From Podarcis tiliguerta (Eukaryota): 64,000 nucleotides of DNA. Location: assembly GCA_965153285.1 (NCBI GenBank), contig OZ229110.1; one strand, 5' to 3'. The position numbers were made by a program, and so were the translations under genes. The first letter of the stretch is position 1. Every line of letters starts with the position of its first letter. Below the pieces are notes generated by a model that had not been told where the DNA came from, made no database searches, and was given only the letters and a program-made list of their open reading frames with translations. This document shows, in pieces, positions 12,501 to 27,300 of the stretch.

Positions 12501-15172
12501 TCAACAACAGTCCTTGGATGCAAAACTCATGCTTTATACAGTATCCAGAAATAAGTCTCTCTTCACACACTTTCACACATACGCACACCTCTAACCTTTG
12601 CGTCACTCAGCAACGAAGTACAAAATTTATACATGCTCACTTGCTCATTTCTAAAAATGAGGAGGTGGGGATGAGAAAGGCTGTATTGTTGCACTGCCCT
12701 GTGGCATGATATCAAAATACATTGCTCTTATGGGGCTGGGGTGGAGAGGGATGGACATCTTTTGAAATCTTGCCCATGTCAATAATACTAACCAAATAAG
12801 CACTTTGTACTAAGTTATACATACAAGAGTCTATAACATGGACAGGGAGGAGGGGGGAATGTAGGAAGATGAAAATATCAGAGGAGGTAAAAGATAGATA
12901 AAAGCAATATGGCAAAAATAAATACTTTTTGTGTAAATTTCACTTTAAATTTTTTTGATTAGCTTACATTATTTCGTCAGTATATTTCATACATACATAC
13001 ATACATACATATATATATTATATCAAGGCAATGAGAGATCCACACTCTCTAGGGGAATTTAGGTGACTGCATGACTTGGAGTTTGTATTTTGACTTTTTA
13101 GTGAATGTTGCATGGCTTCATGCTGAAGTGCTTCATCAACACACAGCCTGTCCCTAAAGACCTTCCCCTGCTAATTCAGGAACCCAGATGGTATTTTAGG
13201 GGAACAGACTTTTCATCCATTGTTTTAAATGGGAGGTCTCAGCCCAACCCAACCCACACTGTGTGTTATGAGTCCTGTTGCGTGTTATCAACAGAGGAGG
13301 GTGTGAAGGGCTTACTTCCCACATGCTCCTTATCTGTTGATTCAAGTTGTTGTCATGCATGCTAGTCTCTTCATAAGTCTTTGACCAATCCCCGTTGGAC
13401 CAGCTGACACAGCAAGCCAAAAGTGACTTGCTTTCAGCAGGGCCTTGACTCTAGTCTAAGTAGAGGTTGAAGAATTCACAATAAACCCATAGGATTTGAC
13501 ACATGGGAACATCTCTTTGTCCATTCAGCACAAGTGTTCATGTCTGGGATTTGCCAGTGCAGATGATGTGAGAACCCTACACAACAGGATACTTCCACAA
13601 CAAAGCAGACGTCTCCTGACAAGTCAACCTTTCCTTGACAAAGATACCCAGAGCCATTAGTTAATAGGCAGCACTTCTGCAGGCCCCCCATTAGGAGTGG
13701 CAGAAGTCATGCTAGTAAAAAGACTAATTTGTGATGTTGGCAGAAAAATACATAGTTCCTCCATGGCTGCTGCTACATTACTACCTCATTCACTGTGAAA
13801 ATGGATATGTAGCGGCTCTGCACAAAAAAGATTTGCAAGGTAGAAACTGCCTCCCTTTCCACAACAAATGTCAGTTGAGGACAACACTGCCAAGTGTCAA
13901 CTAGTGTGTCAATGCAAGATCTGATGCCTCCAGAAGCAAACACAAAGCCTGAAGAGGCAAAATAATGAATTTTGCTACATATTAATTGTTGCGCTCAAAT
14001 GGATACAGATTAATCAACTATGGCTGTGCTTAAGCCAAAGCTCACACCAAGTTGGCTCTCCTTACATCATTATTCCTAGTGGCTTCAAAACAAGATCCCC
14101 CTCTCCCCATTACTGGATCATTCATCTTGCCTTCGCGCAATTGAATAATTTCCATGCAAGATACAAAATGACGTGCATGCCTACCGAGAAGGGGTAAGCC
14201 TGGACAGGAAAGGAATGGCATTCCCAAACTGCTGGTATTTAATTTTTTTTTAGGGGCAAGGGGATCATGGGACAGATTCCCTGTTCAAATGACCAACCAT
14301 GGGTCTCATTGCATAGAAACCAGAAGATATAATTATGATGTGGCTAGCATGCTCCTTAAACTTAGCTAGGGGAATACTCCCTACAACTCTGGTATACAAA
14401 TTATGTGTGCACATGCACTGTGCACATGTATGAGGTGTGGACTTCCTGCCTCTGTAGTAGATCAGGCGCTACTGCTCATGAGGCTTCTCCAGCTGGAGTA
14501 ATGGAGGCCAATGTTCCTAGAGGAGGAGGAGAATGCAGGGGTCAACCGTTCTGAATAACCATCACATCATTCAGCAAAGTCATGATCTTAACACTGCAGA
14601 TTTCCACAGATATGTATTGCAACAGGTGCACACTACACAAATGCGCACACACAGGCACACGCACACACGCTCCATACATTCAGCAGTTGAAGAGTTGGGA
14701 GCAATTACTTTCAGAAATGGGTACCAATGATTGCTTGTTCGGCATGTCTCTCAATGTGATTCCTGCAGCTCACGTATTCATGATTTTTTAAAAGTTTGCC
14801 TTATTTTCTAAACAAGCAACTACTATATAGTCCTACCCCACAAAGGTAAATAAGATCCGTGCTTTGGCCTGTGGGGCTGAATTCTCTGATTTCATGCTGA
14901 TCCAAAAAGCCAAAATTGTCTCCACCTCTTGAACTTGGCAGGGAAAGGCGACGATGTCGGTTCCTTGGTTTCTACTATGTACGTACGTTTGCTTGGTTTG
15001 GGCTTTTCAGCAATTCAGACCTTCCCCCACTCTCCCTCTCTCCCCCCGCCCCCTAAAATTGGTTCACTTCCCTCTTTTGCAACGCACTTCCTCGCACTCC
15101 TTCTCGGAACAACTCCAAGTCCTTCTTCAAAATTCAAGGGCAAGAAGCCCCCTTCAGGGGGAAGGCATCGGT
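9600..15172 (-). other. TNS1: Putative long 3' UTR of TNS1 (~5.5 kb)
   Basis: Follows the stop codon, has no obvious transposons, is AT/U-rich and ends at clustered AATAAA hexamers. The exact end is inferred. Confidence 0.55.
9628..9982 (-). terminator. Candidate polyadenylation signals (AATAAA at 9628-9633, 9704-9709, 9977-9982)
   Basis: Three minus-strand AATAAA hexamers; a U-rich TGTA-containing stretch (~9835-9880) lies upstream of the two distal ones. Confidence 0.5.
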
Positions 15173-15317
15173 TCATCTCTTCTGAGAGGAGCCGAGCATG
15201 ACCCTGGAGACAAAGTTGACAATGGCGGCAGCTGGTTGGTCGGGGTCCAGCTCAGCAAAGAGGTGGCAGACGTTGTCTGTTGTACTGCCTTGTTTCCTGG
15301 CCACAAAGCCAAAGAGT
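15173..15317 (-). CDS. TNS1: TNS1 last coding exon ([47 protein letters not shown])
   Basis: Acceptor CTCTGCAG|; TGA at 15175-15173; typical tensin PTB C-terminus. Confidence 0.97.
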
Positions 15318-18300
15318 CTGCAGAGATGACAAAGAAAAGAATGGGAGGCGAGGGAGAGAGAGAAAGGTGTAAGCTAGGGCAGACATGAATAACCACAGCT
15401 ATTTGTGGAGCAGAGATTGCATACTAGTGTTATCAGATAAGCTATATAAATATTCAATCTTCTACCAGTGGAACTTGAGACATGTATCACATGGAATTGG
15501 AGGTGGGGAGGTGTGGCCTTTGGAGAAAGGATGTGGATTTCAATTGGTGTAGCTCCATTATCTCAGTAAGAACAAGATGTTTGGGTTTGTTTGTTTGTTT
15601 GTTTTCAATTTTAACTTTCAAAAGGAAAGTTATAAATACTAGATGAAACAAAATGGAACAAAATGTGATCCTCCTCCTGTCATGTCTAATTAGAGAAAGA
15701 AAAATCCAGACAGCTGGAGATTCTAATAAAAACACCCCTTGCTACAGACAGTACCTAAAATTAGTGGGGCCCATAAGCCCCCAGAGCTCGCTCCAAGCTA
15801 CTCAGCTAGAGGCAGTATCAGGAGGAGAACGGAAAACACGACCAGAGAGAGGAAGTAGCTCAAATTGGTCACACAGCTTGGCTTTTAATAGGATTTTTCT
15901 CCCCTAGTAGAAGTAAAAGGATCATATTCAATAAATCTCTCATTATGTATGGGCTAGTATCACATCTATAGTACAAAACTCTCCATTGTTTATTGGAACA
16001 AATTATTACTCTGATTGCATTTTTCTACTGCATTTCTCAGTCCTTTTTCTTTTGCTAAACAAAATGGCAAAACTTGGGAGGTTAGAAAAAAAGAAGTTTT
16101 TGCATTTGAGTTTGGGATGGCAAGAGTCTTTTTCAGACTCTTGTTCTGTCTCCTGCCCTCCACCCCCTTTGGGATCATGTGAAATGTGACCTCAACATGA
16201 AGTACTGAACTCTCCAGTGTGAGTTTAGATAAGCTAGACACAGGCAACAGTCCCTAAGTGAGTTGGACATTGGTAGGATAGACTGCCATCACTGCTTGTG
16301 GTTACAGACTGCCATATGCTGAGGAACATTAAACTGAGGAACTGAAGTCAGGGTTGTTTCTGTGGTACCAGTTGATGGAGCCATTCATGCAATGCTAACC
16401 ATGGTTTTGACAGCACTGATAACAGATTGAAAGCAAATCTGTCTGAATCAAGGGTCACTCCCCACTCCCTGAAACAGATGGATGCACCAACTGAGTGGGA
16501 AATGGACATGTGCAGATGTATGCAGCCTGCTGCTGCATATAACTTTTCAACCAGGTCTGGGGTTTTTTGGGGGGTGGGGATACAACCAGACATTCTCAAA
16601 TATTATTTAAACACGTTCTCTGTTTTATTTTTAAAGTAACATTTCCCAGTGTAAATGAAGTGGAAGTTGACATGTTTGTGTTTCATTTCTTTAGGTAAAC
16701 ACTTGAAAAAAATCCACGGAACTTCAAGACTTCTTGTGCAACAAAGAATTCAACCAAGATGGTTTCTCTCAAGATTTCCTCAGAGACTTTAAGAACCTTG
16801 TGCTACGTTCCCTGATGGTTGTCTGGAGAAGTCAAAGATGACTTGGTATGGCAGTGCCACACCCCTCCTTTGGGAATCAAGGGCCATGTGGGCTGGTGTG
16901 TATTATCTGTGCTATTTTCGTGGCTAAGAATGGGCTTTGCTGTTTATTCAGAAATGTAGCGGGCATGTCTATAATGACATGTGGAAACTGGAGTCATGAC
17001 ACTTCATGGGAACGATGGGGAAACTCAACACTTGCATAACATAAAAGCCAAGCTGGCCCCTTTGCTTAAAATAAAAACATTTTCTGGAAACAGATTTGGC
17101 CTATTACATCTCTCTTGGTCTGATGATTTCTGCTTTAAAGCCTTTTGGACCTCAAAGTTAGGACCAATATGGAAGTTCAGACTAACTCTCCATCTGATCA
17201 CTCCTCTCAGTTATGTGAACCACTTTGATCAAAGATAAGTTAGGCCAAAGAACCATTCATACATGTCTGTAAGCTTTGGAGAATCTAGCCACTATCAGAA
17301 GGGCCTCTGTCCTTTGTAATGGTCTTACACTGAACCTGAAGTTGAAAAACAAGACTTACTTTGCAGCACCACCACTGTCTGACTTAGTCCACCTGAGGAG
17401 ATAAGAACAGCCTTTGGTTAATTTTCACCAGGGCAGGAATCCACAACAATACTAAGGTCCAACCTGTACAGTGGAGTAATTAAAGTGGGGTATGGGGGTA
17501 GGGAAGACTGGTAAAGTAACACTTTGACTGAATTGGTTGCCTAATCACTTGACCCCTTTCTTCCCTGTTTAAAGTAACAAATAAGTACAGCCAAGAAAGG
17601 GGTGTGGGCTCCATCTACCTACTACTATTATGAGAAACCCCTCTTCCTTATCCCCTTCTTCTGAGAAACGGCCTGTTGCCAGAATATATTAAGATCTTCA
17701 AAAGTGTTGAACTTATGAGCTGTTGGGAAAATGTCTCTGAAATACAAGCTGCTCCAGTGCCTCCAGTGCTGCTCCAGTGCCTCCACTATTGAACAGCTTT
17801 CATAAACAACAATGGGTTACGGTGTGATTTTTGCAGGCCCTTCTAGTCAGTCTTCTGGAATCTCATGTCAAAATATTTATGCCAATCAAAGCCCCTGAAA
17901 CTAGCAGGGATATGATATAGCTAAATGGTACAGCATCTGCTTCCGATGCAAAAGATCCCAAGTCCAATCCCTGGCATCCCAGGTAGGGATGGGAATGTCC
18001 CCTGTCTGAAGCCCTGGATAGCAGTTGCCAGTCAACATAGACAATCCTGGCCTAGTTGGACCAATAGTTGGACTCGGTATAAAGCAGCTTTCTGTGTTCC
18101 CATGATGCTTCCCTACTGTCTAAAGCAAATGGTTGACCGAAGTTCAGTTTGTCACCTTTGCTCCTCGCGTAGTTCCTTATAAAGGATAATCAAGTGTGTG
18201 AGGCACCTAGAAATCTCACCTACTATTGACAATTTCCTGTGTTTTGGAAATTAAGGAAGTCCACCTTGCTGCAGTGTCACAGAAGAACAGAAGTTTAATT

Positions 18301-21300
18301 ACATAGATTTCTGCTCTCAGTGAGTACAGTACGAGACTCTTACTCTCAGGGTCATGGGTTTAAAAGATTCCTGCATTGCAGGGGGTTGGACTGGATGACC
18401 CTCATGGTCCCTTCCAACTCTACAATTATAGAATTCTATGTGGAAAATGGAGTCTGCAAGAACTTTGGATTTTCTGAGAAGCAAAGGAAGGGAATGAAGG
18501 GTTCTGCCATCTCCTATATTTCGCTTTGTTCAGCTATGGTTTAGTGCTCCTTAAATAGGTTCTTTGTCTGATATAAATTAGGAGTTCCTTTATGGATATG
18601 ATCCTGCTCTGTGAAACTGCCTGCTCCTTAAGATATGCAAACCAGGCACTGTTCAAGGTACAGTCACATGCAGAGGTGACAGGGCTTTTTTCTTTTTCTT
18701 TAGTGATACTCAGCTGGTGCCTACCCTGTTAGATTTTCAGAGCCAGGCCCTTGAACTTTAATGGATGGTGTATTTTACTCTTGCCTTCTCTGGTTTATTG
18801 CTCTTTTCACATTTTTTTTAAATACTGCCCAAAAGTTGAGTTTTAGCTGCTTCTTATTAGGCACCTTGCAAGCTTACACTGGAAAGCAACAGTAAAAGTC
18901 TTTAAATAAATAAATAACGTGGGATAGAAAACAGAAAGTCATTTTCCCCACCCCATTTTTGCTATGATATATCTGCCTATGAGTACTTTTTTGATTTGAG
19001 TCTCTTTAATCACAATAAAACGAAAACCCTGCCACTTACTTTCTCTCCTGTGGGTCCACATCACAGAAGGTGACACTGATGATGGGGTAATGTCGTCTGA
19101 AGAACAGCCTGAAACAGAAATATGAACATGAGTAAGTGACATAGTTAAAAGAAATGATAGTTGATGAATGCTTCTGGGCCCATCCATACAAATGGCCAAA
19201 CAACCCCAAGGTAATCAGTACCATCCTATTACATGAGCTCTGCATCAGTCATTTACAAGGCTAATGGAACACTGGCCAGCAGGGATGTATTAAATGCAAA
19301 AATATCCTGAGCTTTACTTGATGTCTACTAGCCAATTATGACAAAACAGAAGTTTGAAATGGGGTATTATACCAGTGCCACTGCTGAGGGCCTTATTTAT
19401 GAAGCAGAGAGTAACTTGGGGAACTTCTCACTAACACAACCAGATAATGGGTGTGAAAAAACAGTCTTCATTTCGAAGCCCACAGATCATTCTGAGTCCC
19501 AGACCATATTTGGCTCTTACTTCCTCTGGTTGTCTGTTAAGGTGATTCCTTGCGTTGAGACTTTGAAGTGGACAATAGTAGCAGATGGTGGGGTGTCAGT
19601 GGCCAGCGTCTCCGTGATAGCTTTGGCAATGGCCTGTGGCCCTGTTAATGATTCCATCTCCACCGAGTTGATAAAGAGCACATTGCAGGCTGGAGGGGGG
19701 GGAAAACAGTGGCACACACATTCAGTGGGATGGCACAATGCAGGATACACAAAGGCTAAAGCAAGCTCAATCCTGCTGCTGCCTGGACTATAATGAGGAT
19801 AACTTGTCTTTGCAGTCTATTTGCTGCCTGCTCATAAGCGTTTCCCCCAATGACTGTGGACTATGCTAGGGAATGTGGATCTGTATATGACTTACTTTTT
19901 GCAAGAAGTCAAACAAGTTTACCATTTCAGTAATCGGAGAGCCTAGAGTCTGTTGCTCCCAATGGCAGAAATCACAATCAAAAGTTGAGAAGTGATTAAG
20001 CTACATCAATATGAAGTATAATTCCCCCAATTTATGCAATATCCAAGTGCAGTTTATCTCAGAAGCTGCAAAGTTGCACATAGAGCAGTTTAATCAGCCT
20101 AGCTGTGTGCAGGGTTGCACCTAATCAACTTTATCTGCACACTCCAGCAATCCCCCCATTGGCCACTTTCTAATGCCATGGACCAATTGTTCAACTACAA
20201 CCTTCGCTGATGACTGGCAAATTGCTGGCTGTGGCTGGTGGGAACTGAAGTTTGACAAGATCTGGAGACCCATGGTTTAGCCAAGCCTACCATGAACCCT
20301 TCCATTGCCTACAATCTTTATTCCAGTTCCTTATCTTGCTGGGACCACTGTAATCTTGGAAAGAAATAAGCTAGTCAGAGCTTTTCTCCTGATGGCTAAT
20401 TTCCACGCAAGGCTTCCACTGGTCAAAATGGGCCGATAATATCAACACTGCGTGCGCTAACACAATCTTCTAATAACACTGGGGACAATTGCTTTGTTTT
20501 CATAAGATAACAACAACAAAACAAAAACAGGAAGATTATAGAAAGCTGAGTTTAGTTTTGCCCAGCCAACTGACAGCCAGTCATAGATGCTTGCTAGTAT
20601 CACTGTGATAGTGTGCGAAGAACTTGACTGATAGTTAAAGCTGGTAAGAAAAACGCAGCAAAACTTTTAAACTAACATTTCAAAAGCAAATTTTAAAATT
20701 TTAAATTAAATATTTTAAAAGTACAGTGAAATTACAATAGCACACTACAAGACCTTAAAACATTATGCAATTATGAATGCTCACAGTGTACCTGTAATGC
20801 TCAGGCAAAAACGTTATCAGTTTTGCACTGCTCCAGGTACAAGGAACCGCAGGGCTTTAAATGTATGATGAAGGAACAAAAGGGCCATGTATGTGTGTAC
20901 AGAGCTTGCTCTGAGTACTACCAAGTTAAGTAGAAAGAATATTTTTAAACATTTTCATGCAGTGCTCCTCAGTAAATTCCAGAGACTGTATACCACGGGG
21001 CTTTATTCCCAGACAAGGTTGGGGAGGTTTCATTTCAGTAAAAGGGTTCTAAACTGGTTGAAATATTTCCCCTTTCTATCCTAGCTACTCACCTGCTCCC
21101 TGTTTGAGCAAGTCTGTTGCTGAGTTGCTTGATGTGGTTGTCTCTTTTGTTTCATCCATGGGATCTTCAAAAAAGAAGAAGAAGAAGAAGAAGGGAAGTT
21201 TTTGGCCATCGGCAAGAGCTCTTTCTAAGTCCACATGCTCAAGTTCATTTAACACATTCATGTTACCTTGCTGTACCCACAACTGGTGTCACAAGGGGTA

Positions 21301-24300
21301 CAGGTTGACTTCCCCTTAACAATTCTAGCAATACATTTTTATGTATGGAGAAAAGATTCTCTCTCATCTTCATATTTTTGTAAACAGAACCAGCAGGAGG
21401 TAGCCATTAAAAGTCAACTAAATTAAAGCAGGAAGGATTATCTTGAATTCATGAAAAATGAACATACAGTCAGTGCCTTTTACAGAGTTTGTCCCTCTGC
21501 ATGATTCCCAGGGGACAATCGCACACCAACAGAGATAGAGAAATACAGTGTTGCTGCTCGCTAATCTCACTGCTACCTAAATTGCTTTCAGTGAAACATG
21601 TTGGCGACAGAATTTGTTATGTTTATACAAGGTCCTTATGATTCCTTATCCTTTATAAAACTGAACATTCTCTTTTCTCCTGTTCCCTCAGTATAAGCCT
21701 AGGGATGGGGGAGGAATCTTGGATTTCAAAGTGGACTCACCTGATTTGATCTGTATCACATCATGAGTCCACTTTAAAATCTGCAATATGGCAGATTTCT
21801 TTATTAGATAGACCAAGGTTTCCAGTGCTGCTTCCGCCCCCTCCCAATTTTAAAAATCCTTTCCCAAAGCTCCAGAGAGTCTTCCAGCCACACACAGTAC
21901 GAGAAGCTACTGTGCAGTGGGTTCTTGCCATTACACACTTTTGAATAGATATGGGGAACAAGTCCCACAGGGAGCAACTGAGCTTGAGGCTATTCCATTG
22001 CTCTCAGGGGAGATTTTACAGCAAAAGCATGGCTGCCCCCAAGTTTATTTATTAAATATAAGCATTCTCCTGCACCCTTCATGTAAGTTGTGCATTTATG
22101 ACTCCTGTAATCGTCTGATTCAAGGCTCCTGTCTTCAGACATACAGCATTGCAACCCTAAAACTCTTAAGGCAGGTGGGTCTGCAGGGAAAAGTTCTAGA
22201 ACTTCTAATTTGGTCATTTGTATCAAACCAGGAATACAAAAAAGTGACTCTTCTTTTGAGAGCTTTTGAACACACACACACACACACTCCTGATGAATAA
22301 ACGGTGGTGTTCTCTCCATGTACTCTGCTCCTGATGCCCACAAGTGCTTTCCACACTATGTACATGTCTTTACCTCGATCGGGAATGACCAGCTTGCAGG
22401 GCAAGGCCAGAGGCATGATGGAGTGCTGGTACACGAGAGCTGACAAGCAACCTGGGCAAGAGAACAGGGAAATATGACAAAAGTTAAAGATACCCGATGG
22501 TGCAATTTGGTGGCACTCAGTTTCTGCTGCTACATTCTGATGTGATGCTATGTTTATCCTCAGTGATTTCTATACAATGCACCAAATGAATTGGATACTT
22601 AGCTGTCTAAATATCTGAATGTCCAGGGTCAAATTCTGAAACCTGTTGCTCATATTACTTTTGATTCTAAGAGACATGCTCTCTCTGTATATATAATTTG
22701 CAAAAGCTTAATGTATATAATAAAAAATTAATCAAGACAGCACAATAAGTTAATAATAATAATAATAATAATTTTTTATTTATACCCCGCCCTCCCCAGC
22801 CAAAGCCGGGCTCAGAGCGGCTTACAAGCAATAATAAAAACAAGATGAATGATTACAACTTAAAAACAAAAGTAAAATACAGCATTAAAATAATGGAACA
22901 TTAAAATATTAAAATGTAGCCTCATTGTAGGAGGAGAAGGAAAAGAAAAAAGAAAGAGAGGGAGGGAGGGAATCAAATTGGCTCCAAGCCAAAGGCCAGG
23001 CGGAACAACTCTGTCTTACAGGCCCTGCGGAAAGAAATCAGATCCTGCAGGGCCCTGGTCTCATGAGGCAGAGCGTTCCACCAGACCGGAGCCAGAGCTG
23101 AAAAGGCCCTGGCTCTGGTTGAAGCCAATCTAACTTCCTTAGGGCCTGGGACCACTAGGGTGTTGTTATTTATGGACCTTGAGACTCTCCGTGGGGCATA
23201 CCAGGAGAGGCGGTCCCGTAGGTACGAGGGTCCTAGGCCGCGAAGGGCTTTAAAGGTCAAAAGCAGCACCTTAAATCTGACCCTGTACTCCACCGGGAGC
23301 CAGTGCAGCTTGAAAAGCACTGGGTGAATATGCTCCCATGGCAGAGACCCCGTGAGGAGCCTCGCTGCAGCATTCTGTACCCGCTGGAGTTTCTGGGACA
23401 GCTTCAAGGGCAGCCCTGCGTAGAGCGAATTACAGTAGTCAAGCCTGGAGATGACCGTCGTATGGATCACTGTGGCCAGGTCGAGGCGGGAAAGGTAAGG
23501 GACCAAATGCTTGATGCGGCGAAGGTGGAAAAATGACGCCTTGGCTGTTGCTGTAACTTGCGCCTCCATGGAAAGGGAGGCGTCAAGGATTACACCCAAA
23601 CTCTTAACGGAAGGCAATGGCACTAATTGGGCCCCCGCAAGAGAAGGGAGTTGGTCCCTCATCCCCATGCCATCCCGACCTAGCCATAGGACCTCTGTCT
23701 TCGAAGGATTTAGTTTCAATCGGCTCCCACGAAACCATCCAGCTACAGCTTCCAAACATCTGGTCAGTGTGTTCGGGGCCGAGTCGGTGTGGCCATCCAT
23801 CAGCAGATAGAGCTGAGTGTCATCAGCATATTGGTGACAGCCCAGCCCAAAGCTCCGGATAATCTGGGCAAGGGGGCGCATAAAGATGTTAAAAAGCATT
23901 GGGGAGAGAATTGCGCCCTGTGGCACTCCACACACCAAGGAGTGGCGCGATGACATTTCCCTCCCTAGTGCCACCCTCTGTCCCCGACCAGAGATAAAAG
24001 ACCACAACCAGTTACGGGCTATGCCCTGTATCCCCACGTCTGCGAGGCGGTGGTCCAGAAGATCATGATCGACCATGTCAAAGGCTGCTGACAAATCTAA
24101 AAGGATCAGCAGTCCTGACCCGCCTCGATCTAGTTGTCTACGGAGATCATCTGTTAGGGCAACCAGAGCCGTCTCCGTCCCAAAACCAGGACGAAAACCG
24201 GACTGAAATGGATCTAATGCCGATTAAGAAACATATATCAATAAAATGATCATTATGCATCTTGGTTTCTGTTATATCCATTTCTCCCTAGTGCCAGAAG

Positions 24301-27300
24301 TCCTCGAAATATATATAATATTGCTGTTTTTTCACCACAGCCTCCACAAGAGGGCAGAATTGGGCAGAACATTTATCTTCAATAAAACACAAGAGAGTGG
24401 GATGGGACCAGGCAGTTCTATTTATGAAAAGCAGAGGGCAGGAAAGGTTTATACAAAGTATTTCTAATTCATTTTTAAAGTAGGCACTTACCAAAATTTG
24501 GTTCATTGGGGCATCCTTTTAGTTTCACACCTTTAGGGCTGGTTTCTATCAGGAAGTGCCTAACCAGCTCATTGGTGAGATCTCCTGTTGGGACAAATCA
24601 GGATTTCATTGCAAGTTCTGAAAGCATCTTTCAAGCCATAACACTCTGATTTAGTTTATGGTGGGCCATAAACTCATACCATGCTGCCCTTCAATGGCAA
24701 GCAAAAGGAAATTATAACAATTTACCTTCTCAGTTATAGTGACTTCCTTTACTCCACGCTACATGCTAGAACTCCTGCCAACCTAGCAGTTCGAAAGCAC
24801 ATCAAAGTGCAAGTACATAAATAGGTACCGCTCCGGCGGGAAGGTAAACAGCATTTCCGTGCACTGCTCTGGTTCGCCAGAAGCGGCTTATTCATGCTGG
24901 CCACATGACCCGGAAGCTGTATGCCGGCTCCCTCGGCCAATAAAGCGAGATGAGCGCCGCAACCCCAGAGTCGGCCACAACTGGACCTAATGGTCAGGGG
25001 TCCCTTTACCTTTTTACATGCTAGAAATGGTCATATATGAAGCAATGAAAGCAGGTTATCGGCATCACTATTTATGGCAGAAGAAACTCAAGGCCCTGAC
25101 TTCACACAGAATTTTTGTTGTTATCGCCACAAGATGGCATAGCTGTGTGCAATCTGGAGTAAGAATGTGTTTTCTAATGAACTAATCATATCAGTCACGC
25201 CCTGATTTTCCATGCCGCAGCTCAGTTCCTATTTAGAAAAGCTCCTGATAAGATACAAAATCTCAATCTCTGTTTCCTCACAAGACAAAACATTTGGAGC
25301 CTAGTCTGAAAACATGGGCTTGCTAATTAGCATAAGCCACAAACACTGAAAGTATGAAATATCATACCTGGCACAGAATTTGGCATCCAGGCATTCCCTT
25401 GGCAGGGGTATAACCGCCCAAATATATCCCATTTTCAGATGAACAGATACTGTCAGGGTTGAGAGTGATCTGCATTTTATGTGTTCCATTAGGGCTACGG
25501 GGGAGAGGGGAGGGATTACTAAAAGTGAAAGAAGGGGATACCTTTCTTGCTCTGTTGCAAAATACCAGGAGGCGGAGAAGCAACTTTCATGGCCAATCCA
25601 TAGGCTCCTCGGAAGGAGTGGCTGTCTCGAATGATAAAAGCCCCAGGTTCCTTGTCTTTCAGCAGTGCAATGGCTGAGAAAGAAGAACATATCCCATGTA
25701 TGTAAATGGATCCAAGCAGTATAGGGCACTTACTGGACAAATGTTAAAGAAATCAACGTACATTAAATGTATAAGAAAAGGCTCTGAGGCCCAATTCACA
25801 CAGCTAGTCCTAGCATTTCCCACCAAGTATCCTCTCCATTGTATCCTCTCCATTGTAGCTACAGTACCAGGAATTTGCCCATCACAGCAGCAATAACCTT
25901 AGCACATGTTGAATTAGTTCCTGAACCTCTGACACATCTAATGCAGGATTTTCTAATCTACTTGTATACTTGAAGGCAAATATCCTTCTAAGATTTGATT
26001 AAGGCAAAAGTAAAACTGCAGGAGGAACAAGAAAGTCCTTGCCCCAGAGAATCTGATCTGAAACAGGGCCAGCCTCCCTTCAGTAACAGTCACTTTACCC
26101 TTGCAAGGGGAGACATGAAGGAAATGAGGGGACGTGTTCTTGGATTAAGGATGGATCTGCAGAGCTGGGCTGCCAAGTGCCTCAGCTGTTGAATGGGTGA
26201 GAGGAATTGCTGTTGACAGAAACATAAACAAAGTCTTTTAAAGGGGTCGCTCACAATTATCTGAGAGGTAGCTTATCAGCATTGGCTGGGGACAGAGGCA
26301 CCTCATTCATCATTATAACATGGCTCGTGGCCAAAATCACAACCAACATGCTTGCAAGATCTCTAAGCCTCAACACCTTGACTACCCCAATATAGCATAT
26401 ACTTATTTGCACATCCTTGCATGTAAACATAAGCCACCATAGGATGGAATTGTTCTAAAAACCACTTCTATTATTTTCTTCTTAAAAATGTAAATTCAAT
26501 ACTGCACAGTACTAGTGAAGTCATTAACTCTCTGTCAGTGGGTGCCTCTCTTTTTTCAGTCCCTGTGACTCAGTAGTACATGCATGTCCACATGTCAACA
26601 GAGGGATCCAAAGTGTGCACTTGTCACGTCTGTTGTAGACTCCCCTATTACACGTGTCAATAGTGGACCTGAACCATCTATTTTAGGAGGTGAGAAATTG
26701 CACAGAGGTGAGGATGAATTGTTAATCTGTGCTGGGCAAGAAACCGTACACTTCTGAAGCTGAAGGGATAGCACAAGCACCAGAAGGCTCTACATTTCAA
26801 GGCACTCTAAGTGGGGAAATGTCTTGCTCCAATTTCACATTACTGCTGGATCTTTCTACAGATCACTTTGCATTTCTCTTCCCACAGCCAGCGGCCAAGG
26901 TTAAAATCCACCTAGGCCTAAATGTTGCAATGCCAAGTACAGGTTTGCTGCCAAAAAGCCCCCGATCCTGTGCTCAGATTACTGAAATATGTGGTGTGGC
27001 TTCATTGCATTGTGTTTACCCTCATCCATGCTCTATATCATCAGCTGCTAATGGGAGAGAGCAGGGGAATGAACAGTGGGTTGTATCCAACTAAGTTTTA
27101 CTCAAAGTAGACCGTTGCATTAGTAGTCCCTAGTCATGTTCATTAATTTCAGTGGGTCTAGTTTGAGTAGAACTAGCAGCTGATATAACCGAGTATGATG
27201 ACATCAAACTATATGTAAACATTTTGGTGAAAGAGGGGCACTGTTTTCAGTGGCAAGCATTTGTTTGATATCACATCTAGCTTCTCCCTTATAGAACCAG

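Noticed and set aside
15154-15396. 80-aa minus-strand ORF and 144-aa plus-strand ORF over the last exon
   Set aside because: These are wrong-frame or antisense shadows of the TNS1 terminal exon.
22973-24094. 373-aa reverse-transcriptase ORF as a domesticated gene or novel RT system
   Set aside because: It is 5'-truncated with no endonuclease domain or true start codon, and is followed by a LINE 3' UTR and tail. It is an ordinary L2 copy.
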